Source of the DNA: the human T2T-CHM13v2.0 reference genome, Homo sapiens
Reading direction: 5' to 3' (one strand)
Assembly (NCBI RefSeq): GCF_009914755.1
Contig: NC_060925.1
Length of the DNA stretch: 64,000 bases
Shown here: positions 1 to 15,836 of the stretch, piece by piece
Layout of the letters: every line of letters begins with the position of its first letter
Numbering within the stretch: the first letter of the stretch is position 1
Notes under the pieces: generated by a model
Seen by the model: only the letters and a program-made list of their open reading frames with translations
Database searches by the model: none
Told to the model about the DNA's origin: nothing
Program-made: the position numbers and the translations under genes

Positions 1-623
1 GTGTAGTGGCACATGTCCATGGTCCCAACTCCTTGGGAGGTGGGAGGATCACTTGGGCCTGGGAGGTCGAGGCTGTGGTGTGTCATGATTGCATCACTGT
101 ATTCCAGCCTGGGCAACAGAGTGAGACCCTGTCTCAAAAAATAAAATAAAATAGTAACTCCCAGTGTCATGTTTTTCTATTTTATTCTTCTTCCTAACAC
201 TTATTAATAACTGCATTAGACAGAAAACAAACAGGTAAACAAATGAGCTACATGATGACAAAGTGATCAAAGTTATGAAGAAAATAAAGCAAGGCTTAAA
301 GGAGGGGGCTACTTTGGATGGGAGGTCAAAAAGGGCCTCTTTGAGAAGGTGACTTCTAAGATGAATTTTAGGTGATGAAAATGGCACCAATCATGCAATG
401 ATTTTAGGGAATTCCAAGCAGCCAGAACAGCTTTGCAGAGTCCCAAAGTGGGACGGAAATTCACTTATTAGAGGAACAGAAAGAAGGTTTGATTTGCTAG
501 AATCCAGTGAGCAAGGGGGTCCTGGAGCACGAGTCAGATCATTTGAACATTATGGTCCATTGAAAAGAGTGTATATTTTAGTGTAAGTGCATATTGGAAC
601 TGTGTAGGTGACATGGTTTATGG

Positions 624-999
<376 letters not shown>

Positions 1000-1169
1000 A
1001 CTGATCTATGTTTTAAAGAATTCACTCTTGGCTGCAGTATGGATTGAAATGGGGGAGGGAGAAAGAATGGAAATAGGCCATTCAGAAGGCTGGTGCAGTT
1101 GTCCAGGTGATTGATGGCAGTGCTTGGACCAAGATGGTGACAGCAAGATAGAAGAAATGGGTGAATTCA

Positions 1170-2234
<1,065 letters not shown>

Positions 2235-3546
2235 CTATTTCTTCTGTTTGACAGTGCTACCTGCACAGAGTTTTAGTCTCTACTCAGGTTCATATTTCAC
2301 CTTCAACCTGTCACCTGTCTTGAGTCCAGAGGATCCAATGGAACAAGTTGAGATGGAGGGCAATCATGGAAGGAAAAGCCAGTATTGAAGTGTGACCCCT
2401 GAAAATTTGAGACAGGTCTCAGTTTTTTTTGCTTTTTTTGTTTTTTTGTTTTTTGTTTTTTGAAACTGAGTCTGGCTCTGTCACCAGGCTGGGGTGCAGT
2501 GGTGGATCTCAGCTCACTGCAACCTCCAACTCCCTGATTTGTATTTATAATAGAGATGGGGTTTCACCATGTTGGCCTGGATAGTCTTGATCTCTTGACC
2601 TCGTAATCCGCCTGACTCGGCCTCCCAAAGTGCTGGGATTACAGGCGTGAGCCACGACGCCTGGCTAAGAATAATTATTTTTTTACATAGGCTTTAAATT
2701 GGCTTTGATGGAACTTTGTCCATAGAAGGAATCCCAGATAAGACTTTTTTTAAAGCTGATACTGGCCATGGATTTGTGCCATCAAATATCTATGAGTTGG
2801 GTGAATTTTCTCTCCCCTTGAGGTTCCAAGATGAACCTGGGGCTTCTGTGCCTGTTAGAAAGTGACACTCTTTACTTACCACAGGTCAGAAACCCTGTAC
2901 ATGAACTGTGTACACAAAATATGAGGCCAGTTTTTCCAACGGCTTTATTGGGTCCATAAGTCAAGTTTTATTCCTTAAAGGAAAGCAGACCATTCCAGTC
3001 AAAGCCTTGGTTAAAATAACCAGTTTCTCCAATAGTGTCCTGTTACAAATGAAAACAGATTCTTATTGCATTTATGCAAATAACTGTATTGCCATAAGTT
3101 AAGAATACTCACAAATACTTTCTAAATTCTGGAGAAATCAGGTAGAGAGAAACAAATATTCTCCAAATTTTGTTCATGGGAGTATACTAAATTGTTAAAA
3201 CCTATCAATAGCTCAAGAAAAAAGTTTTAAGACTCTGAAAAACAAAACAAAGGATCAGCAACATTTTAAGTCAAAAGTCAAAAGATTAGTTCAGTCCATG
3301 CAGTTAATTTCTGTTCTGCTTGATACTCATCAACATTTTAGCTCTCCATGAGTCCTGAAAGTTTTTCCTCTATTCTGATGTCACAATCTCCAAAGTTATC
3401 AGAAGCCTGCATCCAGGAGCACCTGTTAAGAGTTTTTGATTATAAAGCCACCTTCTAAAGAGAACCAAAACAAGACAATTGTCTGTGGATGACAAAAAGT
3501 TCTAGGACAGCCATAGTCAAAAACACAATTGAAAAGGAAATTTGTT

Positions 3547-4731
<1,185 letters not shown>

Positions 4732-5353
4732 TTACCTCTGTGGCACACAATAATTTTAACATAACAATTATGATTATTACTGATAATATACACTAAGTTA
4801 TATCAGAATTATAGGAGCTTCCCATAATTTTGGAACACATGCCAATAACATATTTGTACAAATACAGCCCAAAGAAAAACCAATACCATTTCATATTTGA
4901 CAATGCTTCCTGTATAAATTTTGTACCAAATAAGTCAAATTATGTTATTTTTTGGACTTTAGGGAACCTAATGTCTTAAAGGATTTATTTAGGTCAGAAA
5001 AAGACATAATTCATCATTTGATTTTGAGAAGTTTGTCAAATATCAAAGGTTTTAAACACTTGATATCACAAAATAGAAACACAGGTCATTGTAAAATAAG
5101 TCATTCATTTAACCAAAGTGATAACTCATGGATTTCAAAAAAAGCCAAGAATCTTTATTCTTTAAGAGAGGAGACTTAATTTTCCAAACAATAAGCGCTA
5201 ATAAAAACAGCGTGAAGCCAATTAAATTTGTTTTTCAAAATCTTATAAACATTCTATTAAATTTTAATCTTGACCATAAGATATAGCTTCCATAATCCTT
5301 TTATAACCTTTATTAAGGAGTTGGTTAATGCTTCAAGAAAACCTTGTTAATCT

Positions 5354-5725
<372 letters not shown>

Positions 5726-5907
5726 TTATAGAGAAACTGAACTTATTTTATCTTTCAAAATTAACCCTTACAATCTTACAATCACTTCTCCCTGGGCCTT
5801 GAGGAGTTGAAATAGCTTTAATTTCTGGCCCTGTGTCTCAAAAATGCAGTTTATTTTGATGGGCATCTTCTACAGGGCCTGAAGCTGAGGCCTTTTTTTT
5901 TTTTTGA

Positions 5908-6012
<105 letters not shown>

Positions 6013-6248
6013 TGAGTAGCTGGGATTACAGGCATGTCACACCACGCCCGGCTAATTTTGTATTTTCAGTAGAGACGAGGTTTCTCCATGTTGGTCAGGC
6101 TTGTCTCAAACTCCCAACCTCAGGTGATCTGCCTGCCTTGGCCTCCCAAAGTGCTGAGATTACAGGCGTGAGCCACCGTTCCCGGGGAAGATAAGGCTTT
6201 AATTGCTGTCAGTGCTTAAGATTCAGCAGGACTTGGTGTCCTTTTTAG

Positions 6249-6865
<617 letters not shown>

Positions 6866-7107
6866 TAGCTGGAATTACAGGCATGTGCCACCACGCACGG
6901 CTAATTTTTGTATTTTTAGTAGAGATGGCGTTTCACCATTTTGGACAGGCTGGTCTCAAACTCCTGACCTCAGGTGATCAACCTGCCTCGGCCTCCCAAA
7001 GTGCTGGGATTACAGGTGTGAGCCACCGCGCCCAGCTCATCCCGCCTTCTCAAACAACCAGTCATTTTATTTTAGGACTAAAATTTACCATATTTTTCCT
7101 CATATAA

Positions 7108-7425
<318 letters not shown>

Positions 7426-9087
7426 TAGCCAGGATGGTCTCGATCTCCTGGCCTCGTGATCCGCCCGCCTCGGCCTCCCAAAGTGCTGGGATTACAGGCA
7501 TGAGCCAGCAAGCCTGGCTCATTTTTGTATTTTTTGTACAGACGGGGTTTCACCATGTTAGGCAGGCTGTTCTCGAACTCCTGACCTCCTCATCCGCCTG
7601 ACCTCCTCATCCGCCTGACCTCCTCATCCGCCTGCCTTGGACTCCTAAAGTGCTGGGATTACAGGCATGAGTCACCTGGCCCGGCATGTCTGATTCGTTT
7701 TTGAATCACCAGTACAAAGCTAGATGTTGTTCTTTTTGTGAAAAGTTGCCCCTTCAGGCCCCAAAGAGGACCTTATCAGGCATTTGGCGTATGAAGTTCC
7801 AAGGCCACTTGCTTCTGGAGGGAATGAGTAGTGGCCTGCAGTTGAAATGAGATAGAGTGGTGGGGAGCACTCATCAGACCTGTGGGATGTTGTGGACGGA
7901 AATAATTTTTAAGTGCCTGCACCTCTACCATCCTGTGAATCCTCAAGGACAAGGACCTGATTGGAGTCACTTCTGTGTTCCCGACAGAACCCAGAACTCT
8001 CCCCAGGACATAGCATTCCTCAATAAAAGATTGCTGAAATGAACCGAAGCCCAGTAGCTCAAGGTTACTGGCCAGCTGCCAGTGGCGAAAAGCTTGGCGA
8101 ATCTCCCCAGCAGCTCAGTCCCAGGGTAGCACTGTTGGAGCTGGAGAAACAGCCCTGGAAAGACACAGCTGAATGTCCTAAGTCCAACATCCAGAAGCTT
8201 CCAGAAGCTCCACTCACAGCATGAATAATTTAGGACAGGACTGGTGGTCAGATTTGGGAAGGGCATTGAGGTTGGAGAGGAGAACTTCTTAGGTGCCCTC
8301 TCAGCCGGGCAGCTGGGCCTTCTGGCTTCCCAGGTGACTGCACAGCCTCCGTGAGCCCTCCCAGCTGGCCCTGGCTGCTGAGACCCTGCCCACAGGACCT
8401 GGCCCTGTGGAGGTTCAATTTCACACCCAGGCCCCCCACACTCTTCCTGTGCATGCAGCTTGGCTTCCCTTGGTATTCATCTTCCCCTCTCACCAGGGAA
8501 GGACTGTGGCACTTACTTCTCTTCTTCTCCTTCTTCTTCTTTCTTCCTCTTCCTCTTCTTATTCTTATTTGTAGACAGGGTCTTGCTGTGTTGCCCAAGG
8601 TGGTCTCAAGCTCCTGGAGGCCTCAAGTGATCATCTCACCTCAGCCTCACAAAGCAGTGGAATTACAGGCATCAGCCACTGTGACTTGACACTCATTTAT
8701 TTATTTATTTATTTTCTAAGACAGAGTTTCGCTCGTCGCCCAGGCTGGAGTGCAATGGCGCAATCTCAGCTCACTGCAACCTCTGCAGTGAGTTCAAGCG
8801 ATTCTCCTGCCTCAGCCTCCCGAGTAGCTGGGATTACAGGCACCCACCACCCCCCAGCTAATTTTTGTATTTTCAGTAGAGATGGGGTTTCACCATGTTG
8901 GCCAGGCTGGTCTCAAACTCCTGATCTCAGGTGATCTGCCCGCCTCGGCCTCCCAAACTGCTGGGATTACAGGCGTGAGTCACTGCACCCAGCGACACTC
9001 ATTTCTAAGTTGAAAATGATTCTTCAGCTTCATGCCTTAGTGCCTTCTAGCCCCCCTCACAGGATCTTTTTTATTTTTATTTTTTAA

Positions 9088-9773
<686 letters not shown>

Positions 9774-9869
9774 TGACCAGGCTGGTCTCGAACCCCTGAA
9801 CTCAGGTGATCTGCCCATCTCTGCCACCCAAAGTGCTGGGATTACAGGTCTGAGACACCGCACCCGGCC

Positions 9870-10385
<516 letters not shown>

Positions 10386-11091
10386 CCCATAGGGACTTTA
10401 GAATCAGGCTGTAGAATTCTCTGGTGCTGAGGCCTCTGCAGGCTTCTGTGGAGAAGATATCCCACAGAGGGACCTGCACTTAGGCAGGTTACAACTGTGG
10501 TCTCCTGATCTTTCTCCGGAAGCCCCAGAGGTACCTGTGGTCTAAGGAAAAGAACCCTTGGCTGAGTCATAGGACCTAGATTCTTTGCCTTCGCTTCAGA
10601 CAGTAGAGAGCAGTGGTTAAAGCATGAGATTTGGAGACAGGCTTGGATGAGAACCCCAGCTCCAACACTAGTTTGCTTTGTGGACTTCAGCAAGTCATTT
10701 AGCCTCTTGAAGTCTCTGTTTCCTTATTTGTAAAATGAGAATAATAAAGGTAACTACTGTACAGGGTTTTTGGGAAGACTTAATGAGATAATATACACAA
10801 AACGCCCAGGACATTGCCTAGCACTTAGTAGGAGTTTTGTAAATGGTGGTTGCTTGCCCTTAATATGAAACAGTGCCTGCAAACACAGAACCTTAGCAAG
10901 TTTCAGTGAGTGGAAAACATCCCTTCCCATCTCTATCGTCCCTGCTCCAGTTGACAGCCTCATTACCTTTGGCTGGGACTAGTACAGTAGCCTCCTAGCG
11001 TAACCATCCACACCCATCTGGTACCTGTCCTTGGGTTACTTTTGCTGTTACTTTGACACCTTTCTTGGCTGCTTATAATAATTAAATTTAG

Positions 11092-11263
<172 letters not shown>

Positions 11264-12399
11264 TAGCTGGGATTACAGGCATGCGCCACAACGCCTGGCT
11301 AATTTTTTTGTATTTTTAGTAGAGACAGGGTTTCTCCATGTTGGTCAGGCTGATCTCGAACTCCCGACCTCAGGTGATCCGCCAGCCTCGGCCTTCCAAA
11401 GTGCTGGGATTACAGGCGTGAGCCACCACGCCCAGCCAATTTAAGCCAAATTCCTTAGCTCAAGGGCCTTTGTAAATTGCTCCAACACATTTTTTTTTCT
11501 CCCAATCGTTATGGTGAAAAAGAACAGAATGTGAATCTGAAGACAGGGGTCCAGTCCTGGGACCATCCGCTTTCTCCCTACATGACTTTGAGTATATCAT
11601 CTCAGTTCTACATCTATACATTAGAGATCATTATGCTGCCTCATGGGATGCATCCATCTTTCCTGCTGAACTGTGAGCCCATGGTCAACAGGCAGGGATG
11701 AAATGCATCTTGCTCACACTGTATCTTCAGTACCCTGCATGGGGCCTGACACCGGGTAGATGTTCAGCACGTATTTGTTGAATGAATGAATGAATGAATG
11801 AATGAACAGGGTTGTGAGGACTGGATTTGGCATGATCCAGGTAAAGCGCCTTGCACAGTCACCAGGAGACACGCCCATATGGTAGCTGTTGCTACGCAGG
11901 TTACTAAGTGGAATGACTTTAGACACATTACTTCTCTGGAAACATTCACGTATCTGTCCTAGGAGAGGATAGAAGGGACTCCTGCCTCGTTTTGTGCATC
12001 ATTAGGTCGTGTGTGCAGAAGGAGCTCAATAAATGCTTCCTCGGTGGATAAAGCATCTCCCAAGGCTCCACTTGGGGCTAGCGCTGTCTAAAGAGACTGA
12101 GTTCCCTCATTGGGGCCTGGTTCTTTTCTGCTCTTTACCCTGCGGGGAAGATGAGGCCTTCTTTGGGTCCCTCCTTCATTCAGTTCCAGAAGCCCAGCAG
12201 ATAGGTGGGCCTATAGGACCCGCAGGATCTGCAGGACGCTCTCCGAGAGCTGGAGCAAGAGCGCCAAGGGCGGGGACGGAATGTGGGTTTAAGGGAAACG
12301 GGCGAAAGAGGGGTGGGCATGGAAAAGGGTGGTTTGAGAACCAGGGGCCAGGCAGAAGGACAGCCCGGCAGCCTGAGAGAGCGACTGGGGGGCGGTGAG

Positions 12400-13620
12400 G
12401 AGCTCCAAGGGGGCGGGTCGGCTGAGCTGGCCCAGGGTCAGCTAGCGGCCGCGGGGCCGGGGCGGAGAGGTCGCAGAGCAGAGGGCGGAGAATTTGGGGG
12501 TGTGGTTGGCCTGCGGGGGACACCGGAGGCCACTAGGGAGGAGTTGCAGAGGGGAGGGACCGAGGGAGGGCCTGGGGGCGGCCAGAGGACGCGGGGTCAG
12601 TGAGGAGGGGGCGCCGGGCGACGGACTGGCAGGGGCGCGCGGGGCGGGCGGAAGCGCAGGGGTGGGGTGCAGGGCGGGGGGAGCGCGCATCGGGGGGCGG
12701 GGGGCGGCGTCGGCGCTGGGAGTGGGGGAGCGGGTTGGGCGGCTGCGCCGGCTCTGCTTCAGCCGCTGCCGCTAGGGCGCGGGGGGCGGGGGGCTCGGCG
12801 CCGCGAGCTCGGCCATTGTGGGAGCCGCTCCCCTCGGCTCCGCCACGCTCCCCTCGACTGCGCTCCAGCCTGGGGCGCGCCCGGCCGCCGCCGCCTTCGC
12901 TGCCGCCACGGGCCCGTCTTCTTCCTCCTTCGGCTCCCAGGGTAAGGCGCGGGGCGCGGGGTTGGATGCAGGCGCCCTGCCCGCTGCGCGGGATGCGCAG
13001 CGGCGGCTGGGGAGCGGTGATTGATCGCCCCCGGCGGCCGCGCCCCAGCTCCCGGCAGCCGGCGGCCGCGGACAGGCGGCTTGACAGGCGCGGGCACAGC
13101 GGCAGTGCGGGCCTCGCACCTGCAGCCCCCGCGGCCGGCGCCGGGGAGCGGCGAAGACTCGGAGCTGGGGTTTCCCCTCTGCGGGCGCTGCCAGGGTGGA
13201 AGGGAGGCGTGTTCCCCGGGAAAATGGGACACGGAGCCCTGCAGGGGCCGGGCGCCGGACCTTAGGGAGCGGGCAGGGCTGGGCGGGGAAGGTCGCTTCC
13301 CGGCCCCAGGGCTCGGCCGCTGGCCCCAGCGCCCTGTCGGTCCTCGGTCGCGCGTCCCCGCTCTTTGTCAGCCACGCTTGGCGGGCGCGCGGACCCACCC
13401 GCGCCGCCCCAGGCTCGCGGGCGCGCCCCTCCTCCGCCGTGGGGAAACGGGTGGGGGCCAGGTGGGGAGGGTCGCAGGGGGTGAGAGCACCTGGTGAGGT
13501 GCCTGTCGCCGACCGGCCTGCGGCCTAGGGGGTGGGCTGGGGCTTGGGCGGGCACTCCTGTGAGTCTCGGGGATTGATGGAATGACCCAGGTGGCCGAGG
13601 GTCGGGCGGGAGCCCGGAGG
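12400..13620. promoter_or_regulatory. CpG island 1 / upstream MACF1 promoter
   Basis: Very high GC and CpG density, multiple GGGGCGG GC boxes, no TATA box, G-rich + strand upstream of the exon. Confidence 0.92.
12815..12941 (+). other. MACF1: MACF1 non-coding first exon (5' UTR); start approximate
   Basis: Inside CpG island 1, downstream of GC boxes. Initiator-like ccATTG at 12813-12818. Strong donor AGG|GTAAGG at 12941/12942. Contains no ATG. Confidence 0.8.
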
Positions 13621-14639
13621 TCAAACAAGTGTTTGTGAGGGGCCGGAGATTGACGGGGTAGAGCCCAGAAGGGACGCTTTCTCCGGGAGGAGGCCTTGGG
13701 AGAGCCGGCCTTTGTAGTGAAATGGGCGTCTTGGAGAGGAATGGGCGGTTCTGGGATGAAGCAGGTGGTCTGAGAGGAGGGGCATTTTTCCTGCCCCCGA
13801 GCTGAGGGTAGGGATGGAAGCTTGGCCTGAGTTTCCCAGAGGTTGAGGCTGTCACTTCAGCACCTGCCCTGGCACTAGAAGGTAATGGGAGGAGGGGTAA
13901 GTGCTAAGATAAAGGGCAAAGCTGTGCCAGGACCTGGGTCCTTTCCTTTCTGCTTCCTGTGGCTAGATCCCTTCTAGATGTTCTTTGGGAAGAGGGCTCA
14001 CACGCTGCTGGCACAAGGGGTGCCCTGGCAGGGAGGCTCTGCTGCCCGAGGCTGCCTACAGGCCTCCTACACCATTTTTATGTTTCTTTTGTTATCTCTT
14101 TGAATTCTGTGCCTATGGTGGGGATCTGCCAATGACCCAGGAGGCTGTCTCTGCCCCTTGCTGCCTCTAGGCTCAGATTCGAGAATCCTGGAGGAGCTGT
14201 GGCCACAGACCCATTGTGTCCAGCCATGTAGGCTACCTCGCTGTCTCTACACAGCCCTGTGAGCCGGTATTCCCTATAAGGGAAAATCAACAGCTCTTGC
14301 CCTCCCTGGACCCTACAGCCAAAGTCAAAGCTGGGTACCCAGGTTGGCTTTGCGGCCTGTAGGAAGGCTGGTAGCTGAAGGCACATACCATTTGTGCTCT
14401 GATGGAGCCCTTGGGGTGGTGGGCCATGTGTAGCAGATGGTTCTGGGAAGTGAGCTTGACCTGGCTGAGGGAAGGCTGCCCAGTCTGGCTGGTGGAGCCC
14501 AGCTGGCCTTAGAGCAATTGTATGTTCACTCAACTCTCTCCACTAGCTAAACTGACCAGAAAAAATGGGCTTTCTGTCCCATCCCCCCACCCCATCCTCA
14601 TGCTGTGCCACGTATTCCCACAACAGCCCTTGGAATAAG

Positions 14640-15490
14640 CAAATGAACATTTAATCTAATGCCTGCTGGGTGCCATGCATGGCATCAACCAGTACTACAT
14701 TTGCATTTGACAATGTTCTTAAAACATCCTCTGAGGTGGAATATTACCCCCATTTTGCAGATGAAGAAACTGAGTCTCAGAGAGGTGAAGTGACTTGCCC
14801 AAGATCACAGCAATTGTAAGTGGCCAAACCAGAATATATACCCAGGTCTGTCTTACTTCAAGTCTGGTACATTTTCTAATATATCTGCTGGAGACAGAGT
14901 GGGAGAAACCAGAGAATTTCTGCCTATTCTAGCCCATGGTTTGCTTCTTGCCTGCTATTGAGATCATGCTTTAGCTTTTTGAAAATACTTCCCATCTGTT
15001 GCCCCACTTTATCCTTATAGCATTCCTGGGAGGTAAGTAGAACAGGAATATAATAATAGATACTGTGTATTGAGTGCTTACTGGGCAGTGGGCACTATTA
15101 AGCACTTTACATGCAGGATTAAGCACTTTACATGCAGAACCCAACCCTATAGGGCTAGGTTCTAACTGTCGTCATCCCCATTTTGTAGATGAGGGTGCTG
15201 AGGCTCAGAGAGATTAAATGGCTTCTCCAGGGTCACACAGCTAGTAAATGGAGTAGAATTTAAACCCACAGCATTCTGTCATGGGATCTGTGAGCTTAAT
15301 CCTCCAAATGTGCCAAATAGCAATAATAATAGTTCCTAGGAATAGGAGCTAACTTTTACATGATGCTTTAAGATTTATAGACATCATCACATATAATATC
15401 CCCCAAACCTCATGAATTAGTTTTGGGATGTATTGTCTTCATCCCATTTTCCAGGTGAAGAAACTGAGGTACAGATAGGCAGGACTAGAA
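14640..15490 (-). mobile_element. Three MIR copies in MACF1 intron 1
   Basis: Core cccattttgcagatgaagaaactgag...agagaggtgaagtgacttgcccaag, repeated at ~14750, ~15180 and ~15445. Confidence 0.8.
14761..14815 (+). other. Candidate MIR-derived 55-nt 5' UTR cassette exon of MACF1
   Basis: Acceptor ccccattttgcag|ATG at 14760/14761 and donor ATT|GTAAGT at 14815/14816, within a MIR core between exon 1 and the coding exon. Use in vivo cannot be shown from sequence. Confidence 0.5.
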
Positions 15491-15616
15491 CCTCTGCTTC
15501 CCAAGTCCCAGTGTTCCTTATGGGACCCCTTTTGTCTGCTCACATTCACCCCTTTCTCCTTCAGATCACTTCTCCCTGGGCTCCCAGGCCCTCCTGCAGC
15601 AGCCCCCGCCTGGGCC

Positions 15617-15836
15617 ATGTCTTCCTCAGATGAAGAGACGCTCAGTGAGCGGTCATGTCGGAGTGAGCGGTCTTGTCGGAGTGAGCGATCTTACAGGAGC
15701 GAGCGGTCGGGGAGCCTGTCTCCCTGTCCCCCAGGGGACACCTTGCCCTGGAACCTGCCACTGCATGAGCAGAAAAAGCGGAAAAGCCAGGATTCGGTGC
15801 TGGACCCTGCAGAGCGTGCTGTGGTCAGAGTCGCTG
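15617..15836 (+). CDS. MACF1: MACF1 first coding exon (isoform with the plectin-1c/dystonin-2-like N-terminus); exon 15565-15836, 73 codons + 1 nt
   Basis: Translation MSSSDEETLSERSCRSERSCRSERSYRSERSGSLSPCPPGDTLPWNLPLHEQKKRKSQDSVLDPAERAVVRVA matches my recall of the MACF1 N-terminus. Polypyrimidine acceptor cctttctccttcag|15565. Donor G|GTAAGA at 15836/15837, phase 1, as expected for joining D-ERDRVQKK of the CH1 domain. Confidence 0.96.

Noticed and set aside
12283-13855. Overlapping 100-220 aa ORFs on both strands in CpG island 1
   Set aside because: Low-complexity G/A/R/P translations from stop-codon depletion, mostly with non-ATG starts and no recognisable domain.
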